From assembly GCA_027355945.1 (NCBI GenBank), contig DAIEHA010000002.1, forward strand, positions 15,071 through 79,070: a stretch of DNA of 64,000 bases, given 5' to 3'. Positions 28,966-39,676 of the stretch are shown here, in pieces. The notes under the pieces were generated by a model. That model had not been told where the DNA came from and did not search any database. It saw only the letters and a program-made list of their open reading frames with translations. Positions within the stretch are counted from its first letter, which is position 1; every line of letters begins with the position of its first letter. This DNA comes from Candidatus Parcubacteria bacterium. Lineage in GTDB: Bacteria; Patescibacteriota; Minisyncoccia; UBA6257; 2-01-FULL-56-20. The position numbers and the translations under genes are program-made.

Positions 28966-30264
28966 TCATTGTTCCGCGTTATAAAGCGCAAGCACCTCTG
29001 CCGGTGAGAGCGCTCTATTATAAAGACGGATATCCTCTATCGTCCCATCCAGATACATGGAGCTGCCGTTATACATATCCCATCGTCCCAGGTAAAGCGG
29101 ATCCCCGGCTCCCGGATCGGGGATCGCGGAATTGTAATAGTTGCTGCTCGCAAGCTGCCCGTTTATGTAAAGATATGCCGTATCCGAGGCATAAACGCCG
29201 GTGACGAGATACCATGAGTTTGCATTGAATTGCAGCGAACCAAAATCGGCATCGTTCCATCCGTTGTTGTCGTAATACGTCGACCAGCCGAGCGATGCTA
29301 TATAGATGTTGTTGTTGACCATCCCAAGAAAATAATCCGTTCCGGTAGCGACGGTCCCGTTCCTTGAGATGAATGGATAGGCGACCCCCGACGCGGGCAC
29401 GGTCGGTAGATTCGCCCATGCGGATACGGTCCATGGCCCTGGGAGATCGAGCGAGGCTGCATCCGCCACGTTCACATATTGATTCGTGCCATTGAACGAG
29501 AGGGCGTTTCCGAATAATCCGGCGGTCCATCCGGGGCCGTTCACGAGGGTTCCATTGTTCCCGTTCCCCGACTGGTCGAGGGCGGCGGTGCCGGTGCCCT
29601 CGTTGAGCGGCCAGTAGCCTACGAGGCCCTGGGTGTTCCAGAGCGGGGAGATCGTGAGTGCGGACCCTTGCGCTAAGACGCCTGGATATCCGGAGATCAT
29701 AGGATTCGCCTCAAGGGCCGCTTTCTGCTTGTTCGACTCCGGAATGGCGGTCGTCATATAGAAGGATCCCGAAGGGGAATATGTGTAATAGAGGCCGGAG
29801 GAGGAGGCGTTCACGGGGTCCACGGGAAGGGATCCAAAGGGGCTTCCCGAGGAGATTATTTTGAAATCGACGGGGATCCATCCTGTACCATCGGTATTCC
29901 TGAGAGACGTCCCGGAGTCGCATTGATAGGTATATCCCGAAGGAAGTGCAGGAAGGCCGAGGGATGCGCAGGTAGAGGTCTGTGTTCCCGTAAGCGTGGG
30001 ATCGGGGAGGGAGACATAGACGGAGGAGGCGTTGCCAAGAGAGAACGTCGATGCGCCCGATTGATCGGCCTCATAGATGCCAAGGGCAGAATGCAACGTT
30101 GCCGCATCGGACGCCCGGTTCGCATCCCGTGATTGCGCAAGCAATTGGGCGGGATTCAGCACAAGCACCACGACGACCGCGAGGATCGCGATGATCGCGA
30201 TCACGACGAGAAGCTCGATGAGGGTGAAGGCATTCTCCGGCTCATTCCAAGGGATTTCTTTCAT
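28966..30264 (-). CDS. Type IV pilin-like protein with C-terminal LamG domain
   Basis: AFTLIELLVVIAIIAILA; LVGYWPLNEG...DIRLYNRALS. Confidence 0.92.
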   Translation of the reverse strand: MKEIPWNEPENAFTLIELLVVIAIIAILAVVVVLVLNPAQLLAQSRDANRASDAATLHSALGIYEADQSGASTFSLGNASSVYVSLPDPTLTGTQTSTCASLGLPALPSGYTYQCDSGTSLRNTDGTGWIPVDFKIISSGSPFGSLPVDPVNASSSGLYYTYSPSGSFYMTTAIPESNKQKAALEANPMISGYPGVLAQGSALTISPLWNTQGLVGYWPLNEGTGTAALDQSGNGNNGTLVNGPGWTAGLFGNALSFNGTNQYVNVADAASLDLPGPWTVSAWANLPTVPASGVAYPFISRNGTVATGTDYFLGMVNNNIYIASLGWSTYYDNNGWNDADFGSLQFNANSWYLVTGVYASDTAYLYINGQLASSNYYNSAIPDPGAGDPLYLGRWDMYNGSSMYLDGTIEDIRLYNRALSPAEVLALYNAEQ

Positions 30265-30365
30265 ACGGTGCGTATAATATATTATATAATTTTTTGATTC
30301 ATATATTCTATACGCATGGCAAAACAGCCCTACGCTCGGGATTTTCCATTGGGGAAAACGATGAT

Positions 30366-30439
30366 TGGTCGGGCCGCCGGGAATCGAACCCGGTCTATCT
30401 GCTCCCAAAGCAGACGTACTACCGGTATACTACGGCCCG
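30366..30439 (-). tRNA. tRNA-Pro(UGG)
   Basis: CGGGCCG/CGGCCCG, TCTGC-TTTGGGA-GCAGA, encoded CCA. Confidence 0.95.
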
Positions 30440-30553
30440 AGATCAAGGGAATCGCCCCGCACGATACGGGGGGCGATGACCGCGACGCGGCCAGACGGCC
30501 GTTCGCATCCCTTTAAATTATCTTACTTTTGGTCTATTATCAATGCGCGATAC

Positions 30554-30626
30554 GCCCCCGTAGCTCAATGGATCAGAGCAGGACTCTTCTAAGGTCTCGA
30601 TGTGGGTTCGATTCCTACCGGGGGTA
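30554..30626 (+). tRNA. tRNA-Arg(UCU)
   Basis: GCCCCCG/CGGGGGT, GGACT-CTTCTAA-GGTCT, TTCGATT loop. Confidence 0.92.
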
Positions 30627-30751
30627 CAACCGAGAAAAAGCATTTCGAGAGAGCGGTATTCCGGTCTCCCGGGTCGCGCCGCCGGGATGCGGCATTTTCC
30701 CCCGGGAAGGATCGGTCGGCGTGCGAGGGGATCGTGCGCGATCCCCGGATA

Positions 30752-31081
30752 TCACTCCGGGTCTTTCCGGAATATGCTGGCCCTCATCTCTTCGAGTCCC
30801 TGCTCCTTCTTCAATGAGCGCTCCTCGTTCTCAAGCTCCTTATATTTCTTTATGGCAGCCGTTTGGAATTTTCCGACCTCCTCATCTTCCTGCGATACGG
30901 CCCCCATTGAGAGCGTTTTCTCCAGGAATCCCATCACGATCCCATCCCTGACCTCCGGAGGGAATTCTTTGATATGGTCCACAAGGAACCGTTCGGCCTC
31001 ACGCTCGTCGTTCTTTTCGAGTATGACGAGAAATTCGCCGATCAATTTTTGGAACGGTGTCTCTGCCGTGAATGGGATCAT
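30752..31081 (-). CDS. Hypothetical acidic helical protein
   Basis: ATGA overlap with the upstream ORF. Confidence 0.65.
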   Translation of the reverse strand: MIPFTAETPFQKLIGEFLVILEKNDEREAERFLVDHIKEFPPEVRDGIVMGFLEKTLSMGAVSQEDEEVGKFQTAAIKKYKELENEERSLKKEQGLEEMRASIFRKDPE

Positions 31082-32172
31082 GGTTTCAAAATTTCCATGA
31101 AGGCCTGTTTGAGCATCGGGAAAAGGATGGTGGCCCAATGGCCCTTTTTGTCGCCCATCTTCTTCTTCACCTCCTCGTCGTACCATTGCGAGTCGAAATC
31201 CTTTTCATCGAATGACTGGTTGTTCCTTTGAGCCTCTGCGCGCGCTTGGTCAAGCGACGTTCTATATCTCCTTCTCAGGTCGGCCTGCTCCTCGTTCCCA
31301 AACGACCCCCCCAACATGTTCCGTATCTCAGGAAGGGATATATCCTCAGGTTCGCTTTCGTGGGTATTGATGCTCAGATTCTTGGTGAGTTCCGTATGCA
31401 TCATGCTGTTCTTCGAAAGCGTATCGCGAAGCGCGAGTCCCACCATTTTTCTCGCTCCTTCGACGTCCTTGAGCCGGGTCTTCATATCGTCCGCAACATC
31501 CATGAGGTCGTTGGTCGCCTCTTGGATGAAGTCCCCCCGATAAAGCGCCGCACGCTGCCAGATACCCCTGAAACGGGTGCTCCCCGCGATCATCTTCTCG
31601 AGTTTCTTGCGATCGCCGTCCCACATCGCCTTGAAGATCTCCGATTCCGTGAATTTCCCCTCGAGGCCGGCATTTTTTATGACGTTCTTCACCTCTTCGT
31701 TCGACGAGGTGAATTTTTCATACTTCTTTTCGACTTCGGCGAACTCGGACTCCATCTTTTTGAAGGAGGCTTCATCGGTGATGGCAAGTTCGTGGAGCTT
31801 TCTCGCGAATATCCCCTTTACATTGTCCGCGCCAAAACTGTCGACGAGCCTTTTGAATTCGGGCGAGTGTACGAGGACCTTTTCAAGGTCGCCGGATATC
31901 TTTTGATTGAGCTTTTCCGCACGGGTCCCGAGCTTCAGATACTCCTCCCTGCTTTTCATGAGCGCCTCCGTCTCATGCTCTTGGAGCTTTCCTTTGAGCA
32001 TATTCTCCGATACAGCCTTATCCACCCCTTTTTCTTGAAGGTATTTTCCAAAAAGGAGGGATTGTTCCCGATCCCCTCTGATTTCATTGAGGGTCGGTCC
32101 TTGCGGTTCTTCCGGAGCGTTCCTTGCTGCCGTCTCTTCGCTTTTTCTTTCCCATTGCTCGGCGATTCCCAT
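31078..32172 (-). CDS. Hypothetical charged helical protein
   Basis: 364-aa K/E-rich ORF, no recognisable motif. Confidence 0.8.
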   Translation of the reverse strand: MGIAEQWERKSEETAARNAPEEPQGPTLNEIRGDREQSLLFGKYLQEKGVDKAVSENMLKGKLQEHETEALMKSREEYLKLGTRAEKLNQKISGDLEKVLVHSPEFKRLVDSFGADNVKGIFARKLHELAITDEASFKKMESEFAEVEKKYEKFTSSNEEVKNVIKNAGLEGKFTESEIFKAMWDGDRKKLEKMIAGSTRFRGIWQRAALYRGDFIQEATNDLMDVADDMKTRLKDVEGARKMVGLALRDTLSKNSMMHTELTKNLSINTHESEPEDISLPEIRNMLGGSFGNEEQADLRRRYRTSLDQARAEAQRNNQSFDEKDFDSQWYDEEVKKKMGDKKGHWATILFPMLKQAFMEILKP

Positions 32173-32239
32173 GTATATATATAATCACAAACATCCCGTT
32201 GATACAACGTGGATAGCGGGGGAACATGACCTCTTTTTG

Positions 32240-32310
32240 TGCCGCGGGGTAGAATCGAACTGCCGTACTCCGCTCTTCAGGCGGATGCTCTACCATTGAG
32301 CTACCGCGGC
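32240..32310 (-). tRNA. tRNA-Phe(GAA)
   Basis: GCCGCGG/CCGCGGC, TCCGC-CTGAAGA-GCGGA. Confidence 0.93.
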
Positions 32311-32465
32311 GTGAACAAGGATTAGAATACGGCATTCTTCCTGAAAATGAAAGTATTGACAATATACAATTTATATATTATCATATATGCTTAGTAGCAC
32401 CATTACGTCCGCGGAGACGGAAAACCCGCATATGATGCCGCCGCAAGCGCATCGCGAGGAGGAGT

Positions 32466-32900
32466 ATGCACAATCGGTCGTTTTTCCATTTCATCGCGAT
32501 CGCGATGGTAGCGGTCGTCATGGTTCTTTTTGCGGGATGCTCCCGCAAAAGTGAATGCAATCTTTCCAACCTAAGGATACGCAGCGTGGAGCTCGACGGA
32601 AGCGACAGCGCGTACATTGCCGACGCGTTGAAAGCAGAACTTTATTCTCGAGGTGCACGATACGATCCCTCGGGGGGCGTAGTGAAAGGGATTATTTACT
32701 CTAACGAGAACGGCGTTCCTTACGCCGTATCAATAGAGGTCCAGTCGACGTCGTATGCCGGCACCGCCACAGCAACGGAGCAGCCCGCCGACCCCCCGTT
32801 CCACGGAAAGGCCCCAGACGGATCCGCAGAAAGGAGGATCGCAGTGGTGGCAGCAGTGGATTTGTGCCGCTGTGCGCAAGAGACGGATCGGAAACCTTAG
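32466..32900 (+). CDS. Putative lipoprotein
   Basis: AGGAGG SD, FAGC lipobox, upstream TTGACA promoter, downstream hairpin. Confidence 0.7.
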   Translation: MHNRSFFHFIAIAMVAVVMVLFAGCSRKSECNLSNLRIRSVELDGSDSAYIADALKAELYSRGARYDPSGGVVKGIIYSNENGVPYAVSIEVQSTSYAGTATATEQPADPPFHGKAPDGSAERRIAVVAAVDLCRCAQETDRKP

Positions 32901-32990
32901 ATAGATAGGTATTTCAAATCGAGGGAGGCCGCGAGAGAATCTCGCGGCTTTTTCTATTCATATCACGCCACTCCGAATGCGGGCCAAATG

Positions 32991-33014
32991 AAAAAGCCCC
33001 TTGCGGGGCTTTTT
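32991..33014. terminator. Terminator of rpsA (likely bidirectional)
   Basis: AAAAAGCCCC-TTGC-GGGGCTTTTT. Confidence 0.75.
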
Positions 33015-34109
33015 TTATTTCTTCATCTTCAATGTGATGCGCTTCTCCTCGGTCCTTACCTGATCGATGACGAAAGAATAGGTCTGGCCCACTGCGAGCG
33101 CTTTCTTCATCTCTTCCTGTCCTCCGAATTCTGAGATATGCACCATGCCCTGGAGATCGCCTTCAAGCGCGATCACCGCTCCGAATGGATTGAATTTGTA
33201 TACCCGTCCCTGGACTGCGGCGCCGGGCTTTATCTCGGGGGAGAGTTTTGCCCACGGATCCTCCTTGAGGGCTTTGAGGGAAAGGAATACGCGGCCCTCC
33301 TTGATATCGATGATCTTCGCCTTGAGAGGGTCGTTCACTTTCACGAGCTCTTTGGGGTTGTCGATGAGTTTGTAATCGAGCTCCGAGATGTGGATCATGC
33401 CTTCGATCTGAGGATTGTCAGCGAAGCGGACGAAGACGCCGAAATCGGCGACGCCCGAGACGATGCAGTCGACCACCTGGCCGACGGTATACGATGCGAG
33501 AAGCTCCTTCACGTTTGCCGTGAGCGTTTCGCGCTCGGAGACGATCACTTTGTTCGTACGAGGATTCGCGTCGATGATCTTCACGTTGAGTTCCTGGCCC
33601 ACGAACTTCTTGAGCTCCTCCGCGATCTTCGTGCGGTCCCCATCCGGGACTTTGGGATAATGTTCGAGGGAAAGCTGGGATACGGGGAGGAATGCTTTGA
33701 GGTCTTCGATGACCGTCGTCATAAGACCGCCCGCATTCGCTGCCACGATCTTCGCCTTGATGACCTCTCCCGCCTCCACGAGGTCCTTTACCTGTGCCCA
33801 AAGTTTCTGCTTGCCCGCCTCTGCGAGGGAAAGTTCAATGAGACCCTCTTCGCCATCAAGCGCCACGATCTTCGCCTGCACTTTTTCACCGGGATTGAGG
33901 TTTCGGAGCGCTTCGCGCGCGTTCGATACTTCGACGCCATACACGATGCCCGTTCCGAAACGGCCCATATCGAAGTAGGCCTTCCGTGGGAATTTCTTCA
34001 TAAGCTCCACGTCGAGGATCATTCCTTCCTTGGGCCATGCGGCCGAGGAGAGCTCCGTCTTGATCGCCTGCGCGATCGCCGATGCTTTGGGTTCTTCTGT
34101 TTGCGGCAT
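33015..34109 (-). CDS. rpsA: 30S ribosomal protein S1 (four S1 domains)
   Basis: AFLPVSQL, DFGVFV...EGMIHISEL, GMVHISEF; true start MPQTEE. Confidence 0.9.
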   Translation of the reverse strand: MPQTEEPKASAIAQAIKTELSSAAWPKEGMILDVELMKKFPRKAYFDMGRFGTGIVYGVEVSNAREALRNLNPGEKVQAKIVALDGEEGLIELSLAEAGKQKLWAQVKDLVEAGEVIKAKIVAANAGGLMTTVIEDLKAFLPVSQLSLEHYPKVPDGDRTKIAEELKKFVGQELNVKIIDANPRTNKVIVSERETLTANVKELLASYTVGQVVDCIVSGVADFGVFVRFADNPQIEGMIHISELDYKLIDNPKELVKVNDPLKAKIIDIKEGRVFLSLKALKEDPWAKLSPEIKPGAAVQGRVYKFNPFGAVIALEGDLQGMVHISEFGGQEEMKKALAVGQTYSFVIDQVRTEEKRITLKMKK

Positions 34110-34251
34110 GAGGATGATTATAGAGGAAATCTTCGTTTTTGCAAGGGCTTCCGCATGTGATGCGTCCCCCGGCATCCTTGTGTGGCTTTTTTCGAAAACA
34201 GGCCGAAAATGGGCTGGAAATCGATGCTCGCTTCTGGTAAAATATACGCAT

Positions 34252-34833
34252 ATGGTGATCACGTATTTCGGCAACGGCTGTTTCCGCCTCCAGAGCGGGG
34301 AGACATCCGTGCTCGTCAATCCTGAGAATTCCCGTTTGAAGGCCGATATAATCCTCAAGACCCTTACTTCGACCGCTTCGGCCGATGCTTCGGCCGATGC
34401 CGATGCCGCCGGGCTCACGATCCCCTTTCCGGGGGAGTATGAGGAGAAGGATATCGAGGTCCTCGGATATTCCATCTCGGCCGAATCGACCGATACATTC
34501 GTCAAAACGGCATATACGGTCCTTTGGGAGGGTATGAAGTTCGTGTTCCTCGGCCATCTTTCCGCCCCCCTCGATGCGAATCTCATGGAAGAGCTTGCCG
34601 AACCGGATGTGCTCATCCTTCCGGTCGGAGGCGGGCATTTCCTCGAGCCCGAGGTTGCGGCGAAGATCGCGAAGCAGCTCGAGGCGCGCATCATCATCCC
34701 CTCGTTCTTCAAGGATGCCGCACCGTTCTTGAAAGCGCTTGGTACGAAGGGGGAGGAGGCCGACAAGTTCGTGTTCAAGCAGAAGGACATTGCCGAGGAT
34801 AAAGGCCGCGCGATCGTGCTGCGCGTCGATTGA
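34252..34833 (+). CDS. Metallo-beta-lactamase-fold protein (degenerate)
   Basis: ITYFGNGCFRL, PGEYE, DVLILPVGG, IIIP. Confidence 0.85.
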   Translation: MVITYFGNGCFRLQSGETSVLVNPENSRLKADIILKTLTSTASADASADADAAGLTIPFPGEYEEKDIEVLGYSISAESTDTFVKTAYTVLWEGMKFVFLGHLSAPLDANLMEELAEPDVLILPVGGGHFLEPEVAAKIAKQLEARIIIPSFFKDAAPFLKALGTKGEEADKFVFKQKDIAEDKGRAIVLRVD

Positions 34834-34860
34834 GCGCGTCACGATCCTTCGGATACGGCC

Positions 34861-35256
34861 ATGGAGTGGAACACGACGGACCTGCTCGAAAAGATTCGTT
34901 CCCTCGATGAGACGAGGAAGCGGAACGTGCTCATCGCGACAAGCGCGTTCATCATGATCATCATCGTGTTCGTGTGGATCCAGTATTTCAATGCGATGCT
35001 CATGGTTCCGGCCCGGAATTCTGCGGCCCAAATGGCCGCTGTCGGATCGGGATCCGATGCGGCGGGCGCCACTCCCGCCTTTGTATCTGCGTCTGCATCT
35101 GCATCTGCGACAGCCCCCTCCTCTTCCTCTGTTTCCCCGGCTCCTACGGCTTCCGCCGGCTCCGGCCAGGGCTTCTGGCATGTTCTTGGAAACGATCTTT
35201 CCGGGATCGGACAGATCTTCGCTGGCGGTACGCAATATATACGGCCCTCGCAATGA
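34861..35256 (+). CDS. Single-TM hypothetical protein
   Basis: Basic N-terminus, TM helix, A/S-rich tail. Confidence 0.7.
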   Translation: MEWNTTDLLEKIRSLDETRKRNVLIATSAFIMIIIVFVWIQYFNAMLMVPARNSAAQMAAVGSGSDAAGATPAFVSASASASATAPSSSSVSPAPTASAGSGQGFWHVLGNDLSGIGQIFAGGTQYIRPSQ

Positions 35257-35287
35257 TGCCGTTCTCCATATATAATCAACCAGTATT

Positions 35288-37717
35288 ATGGCCGAAATCG
35301 AACCACGTGAGATAACCTCCGAACTCGGACAGTCGTATCTCGACTACGCAATGTCGGTGATTGTTTCGCGCGCCCTTCCCGATGTGCGCGACGGATTGAA
35401 GCCCGTCCATCGCCGCATCCTTTGGGACATGTGGGATAGCGGTCTTATTGCGAGCGCGAAGTTCCGCAAGTCCGCCAACGTGATCGGACAGGTGCTTGCC
35501 CGATACCATCCCCACGGAGATGCATCGGTATACGATGCCATGGTCCGCATGGCGCAGGATTTCTCCATGCGCTATCCGCTCGTGCATGGGCAGGGAAACT
35601 TCGGATCCATCGACGGCGATTCTCCCGCAGCCTACCGCTATACCGAAGCGAAGCTCGCCAAGATCGCCGAGGAGATGCTCTTCGATATCGAAAAGGAGAC
35701 GGTCGAGTGGATGCCCAACTATGACGCCACCCGCAATGAGCCTAAAACCCTTCCCGCCAAGCTCCCGAACCTTCTTTTGAATGGTACGCTCGGTATCGCT
35801 GTCGGCATGGCGACGAGCATCCCACCCCACAATCTGAGCGAGATCATCGATGCCGTCCTTCATCTTGCGGACAATCCTGATGCGACGAGCGAGGACCTCA
35901 CCGAGTTCATCAAAGGCCCCGATTTCCCTACCGGAGGCATCATCTATGATACGAAAGCGATCCGCGCGGCATACATGTCCGGCAAGGGGGCGATCCTCGC
36001 CCGGGCAAAAGCGGAGATCATCGAGAAGAAGAACAGCCGGCAGTTCGATATCATCGTCACGGAAATCCCGTACCAAGTGAACAAGTCCGAGCTCATCAAG
36101 ACGATCGCCGAGCTCGCGCAGGATAAGAAGATCGAGGGCATCCGCGATCTCCGCGATGAATCCGATCGCGAAGGCCTTCGCATCGTGATCGAGCTCAAGA
36201 ACGACGTGGCGCCCCAGAAGGTGCTCAATTGGCTCTACAAGCACACCGATCTCGAGAAGAATTTCAATATGAACATGATCGCGCTGGTATCCGAGAACGG
36301 GGGCCTTGTCCCGCGGCTTCTTGCGCTGAAGGATATCCTGAGCGAATATCTCGCCTATCGCAAAGAGGTCATCAAGCGGCGCACGCAGTTCGATCTGCGC
36401 AAGGCGGAAGAGCGCGCGCATATCCTCGAAGGGTTGATGATCGCACTCGATGCGATCGACCGCGTGATCGCGACGATCCGGAAATCAAAGGACCGGGACG
36501 AGGCGCACAGCCAGCTCATGAAGCTTTTCAAATTGAGCGACGTACAGGCTACCGCGATCCTTGAGATGCGCCTCCAATCGCTTGCCGCGCTCGAACGCCT
36601 CAGGATCGAGACGGAACTCAAGGAGAAAAGGGCCCTCATCGAGGACCTCAAGGCCATTCTGAAGAGCTCTGCGAGGATCATGCAGATCATCAAGGATGAG
36701 GTGGGAGCGATCCGTGCCAAATACGGCGACGAGCGGCGCACGCGCGTCGTGTCCCGCGCGCCGGAAGCGGTCTCCGACGAGGATCTCGTGCCGGAAGAGG
36801 AGGCGATGGTGACGGTCTCCGCGGGGGGGTATATCAAGCGTCTCCCGCCCGATACGTTCAAGGTCCAGCGCCGTGGGGGCAAAGGCCTCATCGGTTCGGA
36901 TGTCGCGGATGAGGATTTCCTCTCTCACTTCTTCAGTGCGAACACCCACGATAACGTTCTTTTCTTCACGGATAAGGGGCGCGTGTTCCAGACGAAGATC
37001 TACGAGATCCCTCAGGCAACGCGTACATCCAAAGGGAGGGCGATCCAGAACTTCCTCGAACTTCCCTCCGACGAGCACGTGAATGCGATCGTCAATTATT
37101 CCTCGAAGAAGGAACCGAAGAAATATCTCATGATGGTGACGAAGCACGGGATCATCAAAAAGACGCCTCTCGCGGATTTCGAGAACATCCGCCGCAATGG
37201 CATCATCGCAATGAAGCTGAAAAAGGGCGATCAGCTCAAGTGGGCGAAACTCACCACGGGGTCCGATCAGGTCGTTCTCGCCACCCGACAGGGCCAGTCG
37301 ATCAGGTTCGATGAGAAGCAGGCCCGTCCCATGGGGCGCACCGCTGCCGGGGTCCGGGCCATCAAACTGAAGAAGCAGAACGACGAGGTCGCGGGATTTG
37401 ATATAATCAAAGGAGACGATGCAGTGCTCCTTATCGTCATGGAACACGGTTTCGCAAAACAGACCTCCCTCAAGGAATATAAGAAGCAGGCCCGAGGAGG
37501 TTCCGGCATCAAGACCGCAGAGGTCACTCCGAAGACCGGACTCGTCATTTCCGCGCATATCGTCTCCGGTGAAAAGGAGATATTCGCCCTTTCCGCCAAG
37601 GGACAGATGATCCGTACGGAGCTTGCGACCGTTCGCAAGACCGGTCGTTCCGCCCAGGGCGTCCGGATCATGAACCTCAACTCCGGCGATCGCCTTGCGG
37701 GCACGGTCATAGTCTGA
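35288..37717 (+). CDS. gyrA: DNA gyrase subunit A
   Basis: [38 protein letters not shown], GyrA box QRRGGKG. Confidence 0.99.
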   Translation: MAEIEPREITSELGQSYLDYAMSVIVSRALPDVRDGLKPVHRRILWDMWDSGLIASAKFRKSANVIGQVLARYHPHGDASVYDAMVRMAQDFSMRYPLVHGQGNFGSIDGDSPAAYRYTEAKLAKIAEEMLFDIEKETVEWMPNYDATRNEPKTLPAKLPNLLLNGTLGIAVGMATSIPPHNLSEIIDAVLHLADNPDATSEDLTEFIKGPDFPTGGIIYDTKAIRAAYMSGKGAILARAKAEIIEKKNSRQFDIIVTEIPYQVNKSELIKTIAELAQDKKIEGIRDLRDESDREGLRIVIELKNDVAPQKVLNWLYKHTDLEKNFNMNMIALVSENGGLVPRLLALKDILSEYLAYRKEVIKRRTQFDLRKAEERAHILEGLMIALDAIDRVIATIRKSKDRDEAHSQLMKLFKLSDVQATAILEMRLQSLAALERLRIETELKEKRALIEDLKAILKSSARIMQIIKDEVGAIRAKYGDERRTRVVSRAPEAVSDEDLVPEEEAMVTVSAGGYIKRLPPDTFKVQRRGGKGLIGSDVADEDFLSHFFSANTHDNVLFFTDKGRVFQTKIYEIPQATRTSKGRAIQNFLELPSDEHVNAIVNYSSKKEPKKYLMMVTKHGIIKKTPLADFENIRRNGIIAMKLKKGDQLKWAKLTTGSDQVVLATRQGQSIRFDEKQARPMGRTAAGVRAIKLKKQNDEVAGFDIIKGDDAVLLIVMEHGFAKQTSLKEYKKQARGGSGIKTAEVTPKTGLVISAHIVSGEKEIFALSAKGQMIRTELATVRKTGRSAQGVRIMNLNSGDRLAGTVIV

Positions 37718-37772
37718 TCCCTTCCCTCGGAATCCCGCGGAAGGGAATCGCCCGCACTTCTCTCCCTTCCCC

Positions 37773-39083
37773 ATGCCCAAAAAGCTCACCCAACGCCAAG
37801 CAGCCATCCTCATTGCCGTCGTGGTCATCGTGATCGGCGGACTTGCATTGTTCGTCCTCAATCTTCGTACCGGAAGCAGCGGCGGCGCATCAGCGAACCT
37901 CACGGTGTGGGGTACCGACAGCCCCAAAGCGTTCAATGATATGATCTCCAAATATGCGGGGCCGGGTTCGGGGTCGCAGGCCAGCATCAAATACACCCAG
38001 ATCGATCCGGCGAATTACGGCAGCCAGGTGCTTCAAGCCATCGCTGCGGGCACCGGACCCGATGTCTTCGAGATAGGGAATAGGGACCTTCCCCAGTGGA
38101 GGAGCGTCCTTATGCCCCTCCATTCCGCATTTGCCTCCACATTCAATCTTTCGATGCTCCAGCAGGATTTCCCCGATGTGGTCTCACGGGATTTCGTTTC
38201 CGGAGGATATATCTACGCCCTCCCTCTTTCCATCGATACGATGGCCATGATCTATAACAGGGATCTTTTCAATACGGCGGGAATCGTGACCCCTCCGAAG
38301 ACGTGGAGCCAGCTTGATGCGGACATCGCCCTTCTCCGGCAAGAGAATTCCTCGGGCCAGATCACCCAAGCGGCGTTCGCACTCGGAGGATCCGAGGCTT
38401 CGATCTCCGATGCTCCCGATATCGTCTTCCTCATGATGATCCAGAACGGTAGCCAGATGATCTCAAGCGACGGCTCTTCGGTGACATTCGCGAGCACAGG
38501 AGGAGCTTCCGGTACGGCCGGTCAGAACGCTTTCAATTTCTACCTCCAATTCTCCAATGCGGCATCGCAATATTACACGTGGAATGACAGCATGGGAGAT
38601 GCTCTCGATGCGTTCGCACAGGGGAAGGTGGCTGCTATTTTCGATTATTCTTCGGCGCTTCCCACCATCCGGGCAAAAGCCCCATTCCTTAATTACGGCG
38701 TCGCACCGATGCCTCAGGCCGATAATGCGCAGACCGCCGTGGCATATGCCGATTATCGCGGCCTTGCGGTGAACAAGAACAGTCCGAATGCGGCGGCGGC
38801 ATGGCAATTCATCATTGGCTTGACCACAAACCCCACGGATGCGAGTATTTATACATCGGATACCGGTGCCCCTCCGGCGCTTCGGAGCTTGATTTCCGCA
38901 GGTATGACCGACCCGGTGATGGCGGTGTTCGCGTCCCAGGCGCTCGAGGCGAAGTCGTGGTATGAGGCGAACAGTGTGAACATCGATACCGCAGTGAACG
39001 CTGCCATCACGAGCGTATTGCAGGGGTCCGCCGATTCGACGACCGCCCTCAACGAAGCCCAGTCACAGATAAACGGAGGATAG
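37773..39083 (+). CDS. Sugar-type extracellular solute-binding protein with TM anchor
   Basis: LTVWG, GTGPDVF, IYALPLSIDT, YNRDLF, PPKTW. Confidence 0.9.
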   Translation: MPKKLTQRQAAILIAVVVIVIGGLALFVLNLRTGSSGGASANLTVWGTDSPKAFNDMISKYAGPGSGSQASIKYTQIDPANYGSQVLQAIAAGTGPDVFEIGNRDLPQWRSVLMPLHSAFASTFNLSMLQQDFPDVVSRDFVSGGYIYALPLSIDTMAMIYNRDLFNTAGIVTPPKTWSQLDADIALLRQENSSGQITQAAFALGGSEASISDAPDIVFLMMIQNGSQMISSDGSSVTFASTGGASGTAGQNAFNFYLQFSNAASQYYTWNDSMGDALDAFAQGKVAAIFDYSSALPTIRAKAPFLNYGVAPMPQADNAQTAVAYADYRGLAVNKNSPNAAAAWQFIIGLTTNPTDASIYTSDTGAPPALRSLISAGMTDPVMAVFASQALEAKSWYEANSVNIDTAVNAAITSVLQGSADSTTALNEAQSQINGG

Positions 39084-39103
39084 GCGAATCATCAATCGAG
39101 GCA

Positions 39104-39676
39104 ATGCCAAAGACATTCCGCAGATCATCGCTTCTCAGGACACTCCCCATCCTTGCGATCCTTGCATCCATGGCGTTTCCTTTTGCTGCGTCCGCGGCGA
39201 CGATGCCGTCGATCTGGCCTACGGGATGGTGGGGGCCCATCGTCTCGTGCACCGGGAACTACATTCCCAATTCCCCGCAGATACCGGTGAATGGATCGCA
39301 GCCCAAACCTTGCACCAGCCTTGATGATCTCGTGCAGACCCTGCTGAATGCGCTTTCGCTCCTTATGTCCATCGCGCTCTTCATCATCGCCCCTATCCTT
39401 GTCGCGGTAGGGGGTATCATGCTTATGATGGGTGGCGCGAATCCCGAGATGTTGGGAAGAGGGAAGAGCATCCTTACGGGGACCGTCATCGGTGCCGTTA
39501 TCATCTTGTCCTCGTATCTCATCATCAGCACCGTCCTTACCGCGTTCGGCGTCGTGCAATGCTTCGGAGGATTCGGTCCCGGATGCGCCACTGCGGGATC
39601 CTCATTCATATATCCGATGAAAGGTCTTGGGGAAACGGCGTTCGCCGCCGCACTTTTCAAAAATGCGATTCTTTGA
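39104..39676 (+). CDS. TrbC/VirB2-like pilin
   Basis: Signal peptide, Cys pair, two TMs flanking GANPEMLGRGKSIL. Confidence 0.85.
   Translation: MPKTFRRSSLLRTLPILAILASMAFPFAASAATMPSIWPTGWWGPIVSCTGNYIPNSPQIPVNGSQPKPCTSLDDLVQTLLNALSLLMSIALFIIAPILVAVGGIMLMMGGANPEMLGRGKSILTGTVIGAVIILSSYLIISTVLTAFGVVQCFGGFGPGCATAGSSFIYPMKGLGETAFAAALFKNAIL

Noticed and set aside
28966-30264. Diversity-generating retroelement target in the LamG pilin
   Set aside because: No reverse transcriptase and no template/variable repeat pair seen in the window.
34110-34790. N-terminal extension of S1 in the 591-aa ORF
   Set aside because: It overlaps the MBL-fold gene on the opposite strand; the true start at 34109 has a -10 box just upstream.
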